Positions 47,906-60,985 of a stretch of 64,000 nucleotides of DNA are shown here, in pieces. Numbering within the stretch: position 1 is the stretch's first letter; each line of letters starts with the position of its first letter. The notes beneath the pieces are model-generated. The model made no database searches. It had not been told where the DNA came from and saw only the letters and a list, made by a program, of their open reading frames with translations. The DNA is from Octopus bimaculoides. Its lineage: Eukaryota. The stretch covers positions 88,822,698-88,886,697 of the forward strand of contig NC_068990.1 of the NCBI RefSeq assembly GCF_001194135.2, in the 5' to 3' direction. Made by a program: the position numbers and the translations under genes.

Positions 47906-50315
47906 TAAACAAACATTCTCTTATCAAAATTTGCTTATAATGTCTTCTGAAATAAGAGACAAATATCAGCAAATGTGTCCTCTTATAAATGCATATTATA
48001 ATACAGACACGTGCTATTTTGTGTATGTGTGTGTTAGTGGGGTAGGGATCAGAGAAGGAATGAGAGAGGGAGGAGGTGATGTAGGTATGTATGTGCAAAT
48101 GTGTGAACAGAAGGGAAGAACAAGTAAAAATGTATTTACGTAAATGTACATTAACCAAAATAATTGAAGTTGCCTCTTCAATATTAACTCATCAGCATTT
48201 TTAATTTTTTTTGAGAATGGAAAGGATGATTATAAATAGGTATTGGGTCATTTTGAATTTGATGCTGTTTCCAGCTTAGAGGTTAAAGCTATGAGCATGT
48301 TACAAAGTAGTCTGTGATTTAATTCTCCCTGTTATGTATGATAACTTTTTTTTTTATTTTGAAATGGGAGCAGTGGAAACCCTATCATTTATATTTGAGA
48401 ACCTTGTTAAACTTTTATTTAAAAAAAAATAGAAAAAGAGACAAAAATATGAAATGAAACAAAAACAAAAAGTGAGAAAAGCAATGAGCATTAACCATAC
48501 ACATTATTTGTTTGTTCCTTTAACCCTTGCAAGTGTACACCTTGACCACACACACACACACACACACACACATATTTGATGAAGCACCTCTACAGTTTCT
48601 TGACCTGCTAGAAGTAGCAGCCAGATCCTTTCAAATAACACCCTGTCATATATATATATATAAAAAAAGGACACATTAAAGAATGTAGTCTTAGAGTCAT
48701 TATCTGAATAAAATACATGGGGCTGGAACATCTTTGATCTGCTGGATGAGGGTTGATCTGGAACTAAAAACAATAAGGGCACATTAGATAATGTAGTCCA
48801 AGACTAACATTGTTCACAAAAAAAATATGGATGGTCATGGCTGAAACATTTTTGATCATTTGTCCGCTCAATCAGTGCTGACCTGGGGCTAAACAACTAC
48901 ATTTAAATCTGATACTAACCATTTGTAGCTAATTAGGTATCAAAAATATTAAACCACCCATTTTACTTAAACACCAGTATTTATCTAAACATTAACAATG
49001 ATTACTTCATTTCATGACATTATTAAAATCAGCAAGTGTGTGTGTTTGTGTCTTTTTGCATTTTAGTTTGAAATAATTATTTTTCTGTCCAGTATGAAAT
49101 ATTTAAAAAACAAAAGATGAAATAATTCCTTTTGTCAGGTTTAATATCATTGTATAATAATAATAATGATGATGATGGATATTCTCCAAACTGCATCTCT
49201 GTAGAATTTTCTTAAGTTGAAAGAGAGATATAATTGTATTATGGTAGACAGAAAGATGTATTTTCTCATACATCTGCATTTGGATAGGAGTTATTGAACT
49301 ACAGTTTTATTTCTCCGAATATATGAGGGCAAAAGAATTTTTTTTTATCACCCTACCAGAATTTCCCTGTTTATGTATTGTTACTTTCTCTCTTTCTCCT
49401 TCTGTGTATTAATGTCATTCTCTCTCTCTCTCTCTCTCTTCTCATACATTCTCTCACAACCAAAAAAAAAAAGTCTTTTCTCATCTCACTGTATATACAT
49501 AACATGTCCAGTGTTCATTAAACAACAACCATAACCTTTAGCCAGAAATAAGTTTGATCAAACAGTTCCCAGATAACCATTTATTTATATTGAACTTTCA
49601 TTTATTCAGTTGAGACCTTTTCTCCTTTTAAATCTATCCTTTAACCCTCTCCCACCACTCTTCTTCCAAATGTATCACAGTGATTGCCAGAAACAAATAC
49701 ATATTTTTTAATTTACAGCAGAAATCTGTTGATACTTCATGAATATTTTCAACAGCCGAAGTTTATTTTATGTCATTTCTTTTTTTTTTATTTCTAATTT
49801 TCTTAATTATTATTGCATCATGATTTCATTGCCAATTAGTGAATATAAATTCATCTCTGCTTGCATTCTCATATCAATGATGTATGTGTGTGTGTGTGTG
49901 AAAATATAAGAGCAAAACTTTTGTATTGTTTCAAAAGTTTACTTGTGTCTAGTACACTAAGTAATAGTATATTTAAAGTTATATATTATGATGCATAAAT
50001 ATTTATATAAATTATATTTATCACACATATATAACATACATATGTATGTATATATAATATACAAATAACATATATCTGTGAATATAATTGTATAGGTTCT
50101 TCTTGAGATGATAGATGTTACTGAATGGTCTAAAACTTTTTATCTAAATTTTTCCCTTATTAATGTAGGCTCACCAATTAATATATTATTATTAACTAGA
50201 AATCAATATTTGAAACATCTTTTCTTGCTAAGCCATTTCCATTTAGTAGTGATTGTATTCTTGTCAATGTCCACCATATTTTCCATGTAAGTCTGACAAG
50301 AAAAAAATGACACAC

Positions 50316-50371
<56 letters not shown>

Positions 50372-51127
50372 AAAAATGTATTATTGTTAGCACTGTTGTG
50401 TCACTGAGGACTGGGTCTTTGGAATCACTTGTGTCACATTCCTGGCAATAATGTCTGTTAATTTGTTAATTCCCTCCAGTTCTTCTTTTAATTTCAGTCA
50501 AGTCTTGTTATATAAATAAATAGAATTTTTTGAAAAATAATTAGATATGAAGAAAATACTTTATAAATATAAGTGTTAACTATTTCAACAAATCAAAAAA
50601 AAATTTATAAAAACCATAATAAATGGGCAAACAAGTGACCCCCACCTCTTCTTTTTATCATTTGATAATTACAAAAAATATCCAGTTAACACTTCTTTAA
50701 ATACTGATCTCAATTCTCTCATTAAACTAACTATAATTAAACAGAACAGGTGTTTTGTTCTCTCTGACGATATTTGTTCTATTGAATTCTACCTGACTCC
50801 ATAATATCTTAAAGCAAGGTGATTGAAGGTGTTGGAAATTATGGAGAATCACAGCAAGCCAACTTCATAAAGTGGCAGGCAGAGACTACCAAGTGAAATA
50901 TGGATTTGGAGATGCAATTTCTGTTGTCAATGCTGTGCTGTATCCATGCCCAACACTCTCAGTGGCTCATCTAGATGATATAGTTAATAGACAGGGGATC
51001 CTTCTTGCTCTATCTAATAGGAGTATTGTTGAAATTTGTAACTGTTTTGTTGGTTGGGCTTGGCTAATATGTCTTGCCCTGGATATATGTATGTTACATG
51101 AAGTTTTCAATAGCCTATTGGATCACT

Positions 51128-51165
<38 letters not shown>

Positions 51166-53100
51166 TTCATTTATTTATTCAAAGTTCAGGCTTCCTTCTG
51201 TAGATATGAAAAAGCTCTATACTGTTACCTTCTGTTTGTACAATCACACACACACAAGTATATATATTCTTGTGTAACTTGCCCTTAGTATATACATGCA
51301 TGTAGTTGAGATTCTGCAGGAGTTCATCCTATTTACCCAGTAGGTTAAAATATAAACCATTCTATTTACTCACATGATAAGCACTCAGAGAAATTTGTTG
51401 TTTTTTTTTATCATTGCTTCCACCTTGCCATTGGGGTTAGAGGGTGTGTGTGGGTGGGGGTAGGGCAGGGGTTCATTAACTTGTGTAGTTGTTACTGTAA
51501 AGACACACAAACAGTTAGTGCAGCACAGCAGTTTTGATTTTATTCAATAACCATCAGGGTTTTGACTTCAGCCTTCCAACCTTCAAGTTATGAAAGCAAG
51601 GGCTATGCTGATCCAGGGATTTGGTGGCACAGTGCATCTCTTGCCTACGGGTAGAATTCAGTAGAAAATAGAAGTGGGGAAGGGAAAGCCTTTGTGTGGT
51701 TTCATGTTGTGTAGTGTTGTGTCTTTCGCTTGTTGTGGCTGATTCAATTTACTAATATGAAAAGAAAAAAAAAAAGAAAAATGAATGACTTGGTGGAAAA
51801 AAGATACCAAGTTACCATTTTTCACTGGAGCAAAACAATAGACAGGATACTGTGGTTGTTGTATTGATACCACTGCAATGTGCATCCTTCTTTAGACCAC
51901 AACATGGTGTATCTTTAATGGATTCCCCCCATAACTGCAACAAGTTATGACCATTTGGTCTAACAAGGAAATGAAATTTGAAGTTTGTTATAACTTCAAA
52001 TATTTCCAGAACTATGTTAATGTGTCATTTATTTGATCAGCTTCATACCAGGGCAAGATTTAAATTTAAATGAACTTCAAAAAATGTTTTTAAAAGTAAA
52101 TTTAATAAAAAAAAATTAAACTCATTTAATTCCATGTTTGTTTATGGATTGTAAATATTTATCCTCTCTCTGTCATGTATTTGTACAGCTATTTGTGAAG
52201 GCAGTGAATGAAAGTGTTTGTAAATGTATTTTTGAGAGTGCGTTACTATAAATGCACGTGTGTCTGTGCTGGGGTGAAATATCAAATATTGCATGGTTAA
52301 ATTTATTGGTCATAAATGTTTGAAAACAACAAAAAAAAAGTGGGGGAGGGGGAATACACATGTACACACACACATATACACATACATCTTACCTATCTCC
52401 CTGATTCTTAATTACTACTCAAATATTTACCAATTTTCATGTTTTTTTTTCAATTATTATTGTTGAATATTCCACATTCTCATCCCCTCACCCTTTCCAT
52501 ACCCATCCCAATATTTAATTCTGAGAAGTCATAAGTGCATATATGCACACACACACACAATAATGGCTTCTGATTTAGGCGCAGGGCCAGCAGTTTTGAG
52601 GGATGGGATTAGTTGATTACATTGACCCTAGTGCATGACTGGTTATGATTTCAGTTAATAATAATGGTAATAGTAACAGGATTGCTTTAACATGAAATTT
52701 AAAAACTGATTGAATAATCAATATTTTTGTCAGGTTGTATTTTTAATTATTTTTCAAAATCTGTTTTTATTAACAATATAGTGTGTGTGTAAGAGAGAGA
52801 GAGGGATTAAAATTTTTTAAAGACTAATTTTAATAACAACAAAGACATTCAATGCAAGTTTCCAATTACAAAAATGTTTCTCTTTAATGTATGATTACAT
52901 AAATATTTCAGGGAATTACTGAATTTAGTTGTAGTCTATTAGTGGTGGTGGTGGTGGCCTGTGCACCTTAGCAACTGTGACTGCTCTAAGAGTCTATGAT
53001 TGGTGTACTAGATTCTATGTTGTATGAGGTGGAGTATTCATGTGATGTAAGCTATTTTAGTTTATTGTGTGGTATACTGAAGTATATTAAACAATAAACA
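47906..53100 (+). other. Putative long 3' UTR of CACHD1 with candidate AATAAA signals at 50515, 52104 and 53093
   Basis: Follows the stop codon; few SINE copies compared with introns; U-rich tracts. The end point cannot be fixed from sequence. Confidence 0.4.
50321..50370. repeat. (AAT)n microsatellite in the putative 3' UTR
   Basis: Direct read. Confidence 0.95.
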
Positions 53101-54066
53101 TCAACGAACATAGTGTACCATGTTTATTGATGTATGCTGAAGTTTGTTGATGCATCATGTCTTGTACCCTTAATGACTGTTGATGTACTCTGATGTTTGT
53201 CTATATGCTTGTGTTTCATGTACAAAAATGAAGCATGGGGTGTGCAGTATGCAATATTATGTTCTGTGTTTTACCCTAAAACTATATTAATGAGGTAACA
53301 GTAGGGTCCTTAAAGTACAGTTTCAAAATACCAGAGTATGTGATACACTGGAAGCTATGCATCCTATGTTTGTACCCTGAGCTGTGTTTGGATGTTCTGT
53401 ATCATTTAAGTATTATTAGGTATATTGCTTGATATATTGGTTCAGACTATGGTGAAGTACCTTCAGGTATAATATAATTGTGGTGTGTAACATGAATATG
53501 AGGTTATAATGAATGTCCCTGTGATATGTTGGCTGTACATCCACCACCATTACTACCACCAAAATGTTGGCATGCCATCGTAGATCGCCAGAATACACAC
53601 ACACACTTTATACTTACATTTTTTTATATATATCTAACTGATGTCAGTCCTCTGTATCAAATATTTCATTTGTGTTCTGGTATTGTCCTAGATCCACATA
53701 AATCTATTAGATCGAAGTTTTTTCTTTTACTAGTTCTGTTTTCTTAATTTTTTTTTCTTACTTTCTTTAAGGTAAATGTCTTTGGTTTTGTTGTTAAGAT
53801 TGTAATAGTGGTTAGTATTATGAAAAAAACTGATTCATTTTCATTTTCATGGCTTTTTTTATTATTTATTTGTTCGCTTCAGGAAAATTGTACGGGTATT
53901 AAAGAAGTGAAATAACTGTAGCATGTTAGAATTCACATAATTGAAAGGCTATTTTCTATACACTCATGCATGTACACATATACATGCATGTGTCTGTAGT
54001 ATTTATTCAAAATGAATTGCTACATACATATATAACATGTATAATTTGTAAATATATATGTATACA

Positions 54067-54106
<40 letters not shown>

Positions 54107-54273
54107 TATACACACTCACACACACATTTTGTGTCTGTAGATATGTGTATTATTTACCAGAATATTTTGAATGCTTGCATGTTCCCTTATTTTGTATTGC
54201 TCTTTTATTGACTGTTGTCGTAGTTGTTAACTATGTTGCTTACAGTAAATATATATGTGTGTGAGTGTGTGTG

Positions 54274-54329
<56 letters not shown>

Positions 54330-55454
54330 TACTCACACACATAAATGTACATGTATATAATTCATATAAAACTTGTTTTCGTTTAAAATTAGAAGTTATC
54401 TATTTGAGCCCTTACACATTCCATATGACTCCCTACAAAATGTAAAGGAACTTTTGTAGGAACTTGGTATGTGACTTATCTTTTGAGTGAAGATTTTCTG
54501 CTGCCTTTCTCAATACTTGCCTTAATTAAGGCATACACTGTGTCTGTGTGTGTATATACTTCTCAACCACATTTTGGGTTCTGTCCCATATCATACTATT
54601 TATATATAATTGCATGATATATAACCAGTATTTAGAACACCATGTATATCCTTATGTATAGCAAAAGAGGGAACTGCACAGAGGATTCGTGCATTATTGT
54701 CCAAGTTTCATTACATGTTCTCCATAGAAAGATCACAGATTACATTCAGGAAAATCAGTTTATGTCCATTATCTTAAATGCTTTAGTGAAGACCTAGAAA
54801 ACTTCCCTGACCTGGATTGCATAAGTCAGCTGTTAACTTCACATTATTTATGAACCAACTCTCCAGTTTTGTTTTCAGTATATACACACGTGTGTGTGCA
54901 CAGATATATGTATGTTGTATGTAGTAAAATTGATAAAAAGAATACAGTAAACTTGCTGTGAAGAATAAAAAATCCATTGTTTTGGACTGTATCATTCTTC
55001 ACACAGAAAAGTTGAAAGAAATTGAAACACAGCAGAGTTTTACTGTCACCAAGCCTTTTTAAAAAAAGGCTTGATAACTTAGCTTTTCTGCAGTTGCTGT
55101 TGTATTAAAAATACAATGTAGAGTTTGCTAGATTATAGAGTGAGGTTCCAATAGTAGTTTGCTACAGTGTTCACTGGCAGAATTATTAGAATGTTAGCTA
55201 AAATATCTTGCAGTATTTATTTACAGCCCATTACATTCAAAGTTCAAATTCTGTTGTTCAACCTAATATTCCATCTTTATAGGGTTAATAAAGTTCTGAT
55301 TTCAATTGCTACTGACTCCCAAATTTGTGGTTGTGTGTCTATGTTAGAGATTGTGAAGGTAAATACGAATAGATGACAATTTATAAAACACTGAATTTCG
55401 TGTCTCAGGGTATTTAGTTCTGTCCTTTTTTATTTTTATTATTATTAAAATATT

Positions 55455-56440
55455 CACGGAGTTCACTCTGCTTTTCATTCCTTCAGGATTGATTAAATAA
55501 GTACAGTATTGGGGTTGATTAAATTGACTTTGCTCTTTCCCAAAATTTGAGGCCCTGTGTTGTTGTAATTATGAAGATGACAGAAATAGATAATTGGACA
55601 AGATGCTTGTAAGTATTTAGTTGTAGCTTTTTACTCCAGAGTTTAAATTGTTTTGAGACTGACCCTTCATCATCTCAGAGCCAAGAAAATAAGTGTTTTC
55701 AATCAAATCACTTATGCCTTTTTTTCTAAAAATGTGCAAATCTCTATCTACTTTAGAAAATCATTAGTGCAGCAAGTTAGCAGAATTATTAGAGCATTGG
55801 CTAAAAATGTCTTTCAGTATTTGTTCCAGCTCTTTGTGTTCTGAGTTCAAATTCATCTGAAGTTGACTAAGTTGGGGGTCGATGTAATCAACTAATTTTC
55901 CCCCTCTCAAATCTATGGCCTTGTGCCTATTATTAATAGGGTGATGTAACATATGAAACTGAAAATGATAAAACTGAGAGCAGTTGCTTGGCAAAAGCAG
56001 CAGAGCAATTACCTAAATATCTTTAGTTTACTCTTCTGTTTTCTTGCCCAGGTCAACTTTGCCTTTTGGGCCAATAAAAGAAATCATTGTTATTTTGTGA
56101 GTTTGGCACACACATACATAGAGCATTGTACATAAATGTCTTACAATTTGTTGTCTTGTTCCTCATGTCTTCTCTATTCAAATCCTGCCTGGGTCAACCT
56201 TGCCATTTATCTCATTTGGGATGGGACTAATAAAATAAGTATGAAAATGAAGCTGGTAAGTTGCAGAATTGTTATTGTATTAACTTCTGTTTTACTTTCT
56301 CAGTTCAAATTCTACTGGGGTCAACTTTGCCACACCATCTGTTTGTGATTTGATTAAATAATTCCTGTTAACCTACTGGGGACTGATCAAATCGGCTATA
56401 TACTGTCATTACAAAATTTGGCTCTGTGCCTAGTTAAAAA
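55455..56440 (+). mobile_element. Second cluster of SINE family C copies and fragments
   Basis: Repeated gttcaaat...ggtcaactttgcc and ggggtcgatgtaatc motifs at ~55455, 55770-55935, 56030, 56160 and 56300. Confidence 0.65.
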
Positions 56441-57714
56441 AATATATAACAATATTTATAAACCATTGATTTTTTTTTCTTTCTTTCCAACTCCTTCCAA
56501 CTCTTCTCCATTTTCATTGTTTCGTCATCTTACCATTTCTTTACCTCAAGGTCATTCAACTGTTCAACCAACACTGGTTGAGCATCTGTTGTAATATTTT
56601 ATACTTTCTGTTTCCACCATATTAATCCTACTGCTGCTACTCATGATGATGCTTTTTTTTTTTATTTTGCAGCTAAAATTTATAATAAAATTGATTATTG
56701 AAAAAGTGTTGTTTTCTTTTTCTCACATGCAGTCTGTAACTGAATTTTTTTCATTCTTACTTAGCCCAGTGATTTAAATTAACTGCTGATTGTCACGTGA
56801 CAGAATGTCTTACAGTATTCAGAATACAAATAAATATAACTAAGATCAAATCCTGCTAGAATTGATAAAATTTGGCCCAGGCATTTGATTGTATCTCTCT
56901 TCAATATATCTATAACTTTGTGTCAAGTTTGAAAGCAACTTAATCCTTCCTGAACTAAAAATAAATCAAACAATAATGAAGAGGTTTATCTACACAAATT
57001 CAATGACAAGTAGTCAATAATGTAATCAGTGTTGCAAGAGAGTCAAAATATACTAGTTAAATTAACCAATCAGAAGTGTGATGTAAAAATCATTTTATCA
57101 AATGAGACTTGTCTGATTTAAGTTGTAGATTCTAATATGTTGTTATACTGACTTAAATAATTCTCAGTTCCGGTCAACTTAATAAACACCCAAGACCACC
57201 CTGGATTTATGATACAAACTTCCTGTTTTAAAAGTGATCTAAATTATAACTTCCATCAAAATTCCATTCCAAACATCAGTTTCATAATAATGTTTTATTA
57301 CTACATACTTCATTATTTTCAGAATTAATTGAACCAAAGGCAGTGTATTTCAAAATAGATTTGGTAACAAAAAGGTTAATGGGATAAAAAATAATTTATT
57401 AAGATCATCAAAATAAGGGAACCATTTCATGTATTCAATGATAGTCAGAGAATGGCATTCAGTTAATTGACTGTACTGAGAAATCCTTATTCAAAGAATG
57501 GAACACTTTAGGTCAACAGAATGTTTCTTCTCCTTTTTACTAGTTCGAAGTCTTTTTTCCATGGAACGTAAGGAAATATCTTTTCTGTTGAATGCATTTC
57601 TTTTTGTTGAATGCCAGCATTTTGGAAAAGCTAAAAAAAAAATAGCCAACAAAATAAAGTATTTATTGTCTTTGGTTAAAGAATGTTTATTATTTGGTGT
57701 ATTGGATTAGAAGA

Positions 57715-57910
57715 GATGGTAAAGCATTGAACAAAAATGCCTTTCAGCCTTTAGTTACATTCTGAGATCAAATCCCACTTGAGTCAACTTTGTCTTTCAC
57801 CTTTCCAGAGTTCCATCCAGGTTGATAAAATAAAGTAACATTTAAAGACTGAATTAATTTAATGAACTTCCATGCCCCTAAGTTGCTAGCCTTATGCCTA
57901 AATTAGAAAT
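57715..57910 (+). mobile_element. SINE family C copy
   Basis: ttctgagatcaaatcccacttgagtcaactttgtctttcacc...gccttatgcctaaattagaaatt. Confidence 0.7.
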
Positions 57911-58591
57911 TGTTATCTGAGAGCAAAGTATTAAGCTCATAGCCTTAAGAGATCTTCCTAGACCAGTGGAGCCAATGTAATTACTGCTGTGTATGTTATT
58001 TATTTGTAAAGTGTGGACAAGTGGCTGATTTGGATGTTAAAAGTTTATAGAACAAGTGGATGTTCTAATTACTTAAGTGAAGTAAATTACTCCACAGTTA
58101 TGAGAGATGCAGTAATGTAAGTCTTGAAGTATTCTTGGATGTATAAAGGTTTTAGATTTGAATTTCAGCACATGGTGTTTTCTGAGATATAGTGTCCAAA
58201 AAACCTTGAGCATTTAGATAGATATAATGAGAATGTACAGTAACTTATGTAAGCTACAACAGTGGTATGTGCAACTAAATCATCCCTTGATAAAATCTGT
58301 TACAAATGAGTTAGTGAGGAACCTTGGTACCAATGTAGACACCACAATTCCTGCAATAAGTTCCATGTCATTTTAAAATGAAGCAGACTTGATGGGCTAA
58401 ATATTCTCAGCATTACTACATGTAAAAGCCTGGTAAACAACCCAGCAAGAGAGGTATTTCAACCTTTAATACCAGGAAAATTTGGATAAGCATATCATTC
58501 TATAACATTTCTTTTATCTGGTGCATGAGGGATACTGTGTAGTTACTTGACCAGCAAAAAATAACCAAATTTCCCAAATCACATCCTAGTC

Positions 58592-58816
58592 TTAACCCTA
58601 TAGCATTCAGATTACATTATCAAATGTAATTCCTATTTATTCCATTGTTTTTGAATTAATCATGCATTATCTTGTTTCCAAATTTCAATGATGTGGCTGT
58701 TTATTTCTAGAATGACATTATGGAGTAGGTGTGACAGGCCAGACCCAGCCAGTTTGAACATAAAACAGGAAGAATACTTGGGTCGGATGTGGCCAGTTTA
58801 AATGCTAAAGGGTTAA
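58592..58816. mobile_element. piggyBac-type MITE
   Basis: TTAA-ccctatagcatt ... aatgctaaaggg-TTAA: 11 of 12 TIR match and TTAA TSD. Confidence 0.8.
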
Positions 58817-59252
58817 AGGAAAAAAACATTAGGTAATATAGTGATACAGTATAATTAGTGCTATGTCATGTATTGCTCACCTCCATATATGAACAACCTA
58901 CAAACAGGACCTCAAAACTGCTACAAATGTTATACCATCATTGAGGATCTGTACTGGCCACCTCATGTCCACAACATAGCTTAAAAAAAAAACCAAACTT
59001 TTACTGTGTCACAAAAACTAGCCATCATCATCACAAAAGAAAATACTTTAGTTCCTAACAACAAATAACCCTTAATAAAGCTAAGTAAACTACAACAAAA
59101 GGAGGTCCCTCAACTGGTTAGCATGAATGGCTTCCATAGTAATGCTATCTTCTCTCTGACTTTTCTGCAAGTGTGACCTCTGCTCCTTAGAGACAGACGG
59201 TCTCAGAACACTCCTACTCAGGATCTCCTGTCCTCCTCTCGTTATCCATCTG

Positions 59253-59290
59253 GTGCTTATTGCATGGTCCTCAGACCATGCAATAAGCAC
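59253..59290. repeat. Perfect 17-bp hairpin with 4-nt loop
   Basis: gtgcttattgcatggtc-ctca-gaccatgcaataagcac. Confidence 0.95.
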
Positions 59291-60600
59291 TACACCTAAT
59301 CCTTTCTTCCCAGAACCTCATCGCTCTAGACTCTCTAATTTTCCTGCAGCTGTTTAAGAAATATTAACCTTGTTGATTTCACTGGTCTTGGAGGGTTTGT
59401 GAAGGCCATGGAGTATAGCCTCATCCTCCAATAAGATGAAATAGTCACAGCTGTAATGTCTTTAATCACAAATTTGCTTATTTGGGTTGGCCTAAGGCTA
59501 AACAATCTTCTTGTACTTTTAGATATTCAGGGTAAAGCCCAGGATCCTTGCAAGCTTTCCAACATTGGTAAGATTAGCAAGAGATAAAACGAGACAATAT
59601 AAGAATTCTTACAAAAAAAAAATAACCTTACCGGAACCAATTATTTTCTGGAAGGGAACATCTCCAGTTAGACGGAAATTCATTTCAGTGATATATTTCT
59701 CTGCTAAATACCTAAAAACTAAAGGATAAAAGATAAACTCAATGTATCAGAAATAAATGCTCATTAGATCTGTTGTGAGAAGAAATATGGTCATTGTTTG
59801 GAAGGACCAATTTCTTCATTGGATATTGAAGAGAATAGAAGTGAAAGAGTATACAAATGGAAGAATGTGGGGTGGTTATTATTATTATTAAAGCCACTGC
59901 ATAGGTTCTGGGATTAACTGGTGTTACATTTCTTGCAATAATGTCTTAATTCAAAGCTTCTTTACTTTTATCTTACCAGGTCCAACTGCAGTTAGTGCTT
60001 TTTTTCTAAGTTACAAAATAAAACCTAGAATGTAAATTACATATTGCAAGTGAGAGGTTAACTATCACAGTTTAGTCATTATGACAAACGTAATCCAGAA
60101 AACTAATAAGGGGATATATAGATATGAAAAGGCTGAAGATGTTCCATCCCCATTTTCACTACAACTCATCAAAATATTGATTTCTGACACAAGCACACAA
60201 GGCCTAAAATTGGGATAGGATAGAGGAGGCATATCAGTTTCTAGACTTAATAACCTCCAGTTCCTGACTAGCACAACCTAGTTTTGAAAAAAAAAAAAAC
60301 TATTTGTATGCAAATATGTCTGTATGCGCATGTGAGCGTACATTTAATGTAATTATATTTTGCCCCACTAGTGTGTTTTATCAAAATTAACTTTAGCTTT
60401 CGTCAAAGAGAGATCTAGAGAATAAGTACACATTCTGAATTACTTCCTGAAACATTAGTCCTAGTTTTTAATCAAAATAAACCATTGTTACACTTACCTT
60501 CATTAACATTTAAATTATCTTTCACCGAAATTCTATAGAATCTCAGCTGTAACTTCTGTGACAAAGCTTCAGCTTCTTGTCTTGAGAGAATCAAATAATA

Positions 60601-60660
60601 AAATAATAATAATATCACTTTCTAAGTTTATAATAATAATAATATCAGTTTCTAAGTTTA
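60601..60660. repeat. 30-bp tandem duplication
   Basis: aataataataatatcactttctaagttta twice, with one internal substitution. Confidence 0.9.
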
Positions 60661-60662
60661 TT

Positions 60663-60985
60663 TCAATGTCTATTGTTCTCAGTGACTCCTGGTTCATGTT
60701 TGTACCATTTCTGTGCTTTGTTCAGGCCGTACTTTTCACATAACCTCCAGTGGACGAACTTAGCCACATTATAATGCCTCCTGCTGTAGTGCTTTTGGGC
60801 CAGCTTACTACATTCACTCACAATATATGATATTGTTTCATTTTTGCTGCCACTCATCCTACAAAGGGGCAATTCACTGTTCTTATCTATTTAGAACTTG
60901 GTGTAATTAGTTCTCAGAGTTTGTTCTTGGGTGCTGCGTATCAATGCCTCAGTGCATCCTTTCAGATCACTTTTCCTTAGCCATC
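60663..60985 (-). mobile_element. Degenerate R4/Dong-clade non-LTR retrotransposon fragment (CCHC knuckle region)
   Basis: WLRKSDLKGCTEALIRSTQEQTLRTN...PLCRMSGSKNETISYIVSECSKLAQKHYSRRHYNVAKFVHWRLCEKYGL...WYKHEP..TEN, with one internal stop. Confidence 0.85.

Noticed and set aside
50436-50442. ACATTCC (miR-1 seed match) and similar single seed matches in the putative 3' UTR
   Set aside because: Single 7-mers are expected by chance in several kb of AT-rich sequence; conservation data are needed.
59090-59330. Possible degenerate RTE C-terminal coding fragment on the minus strand
   Set aside because: Only scattered weak similarity across several frames with many stops; not supportable without a search.
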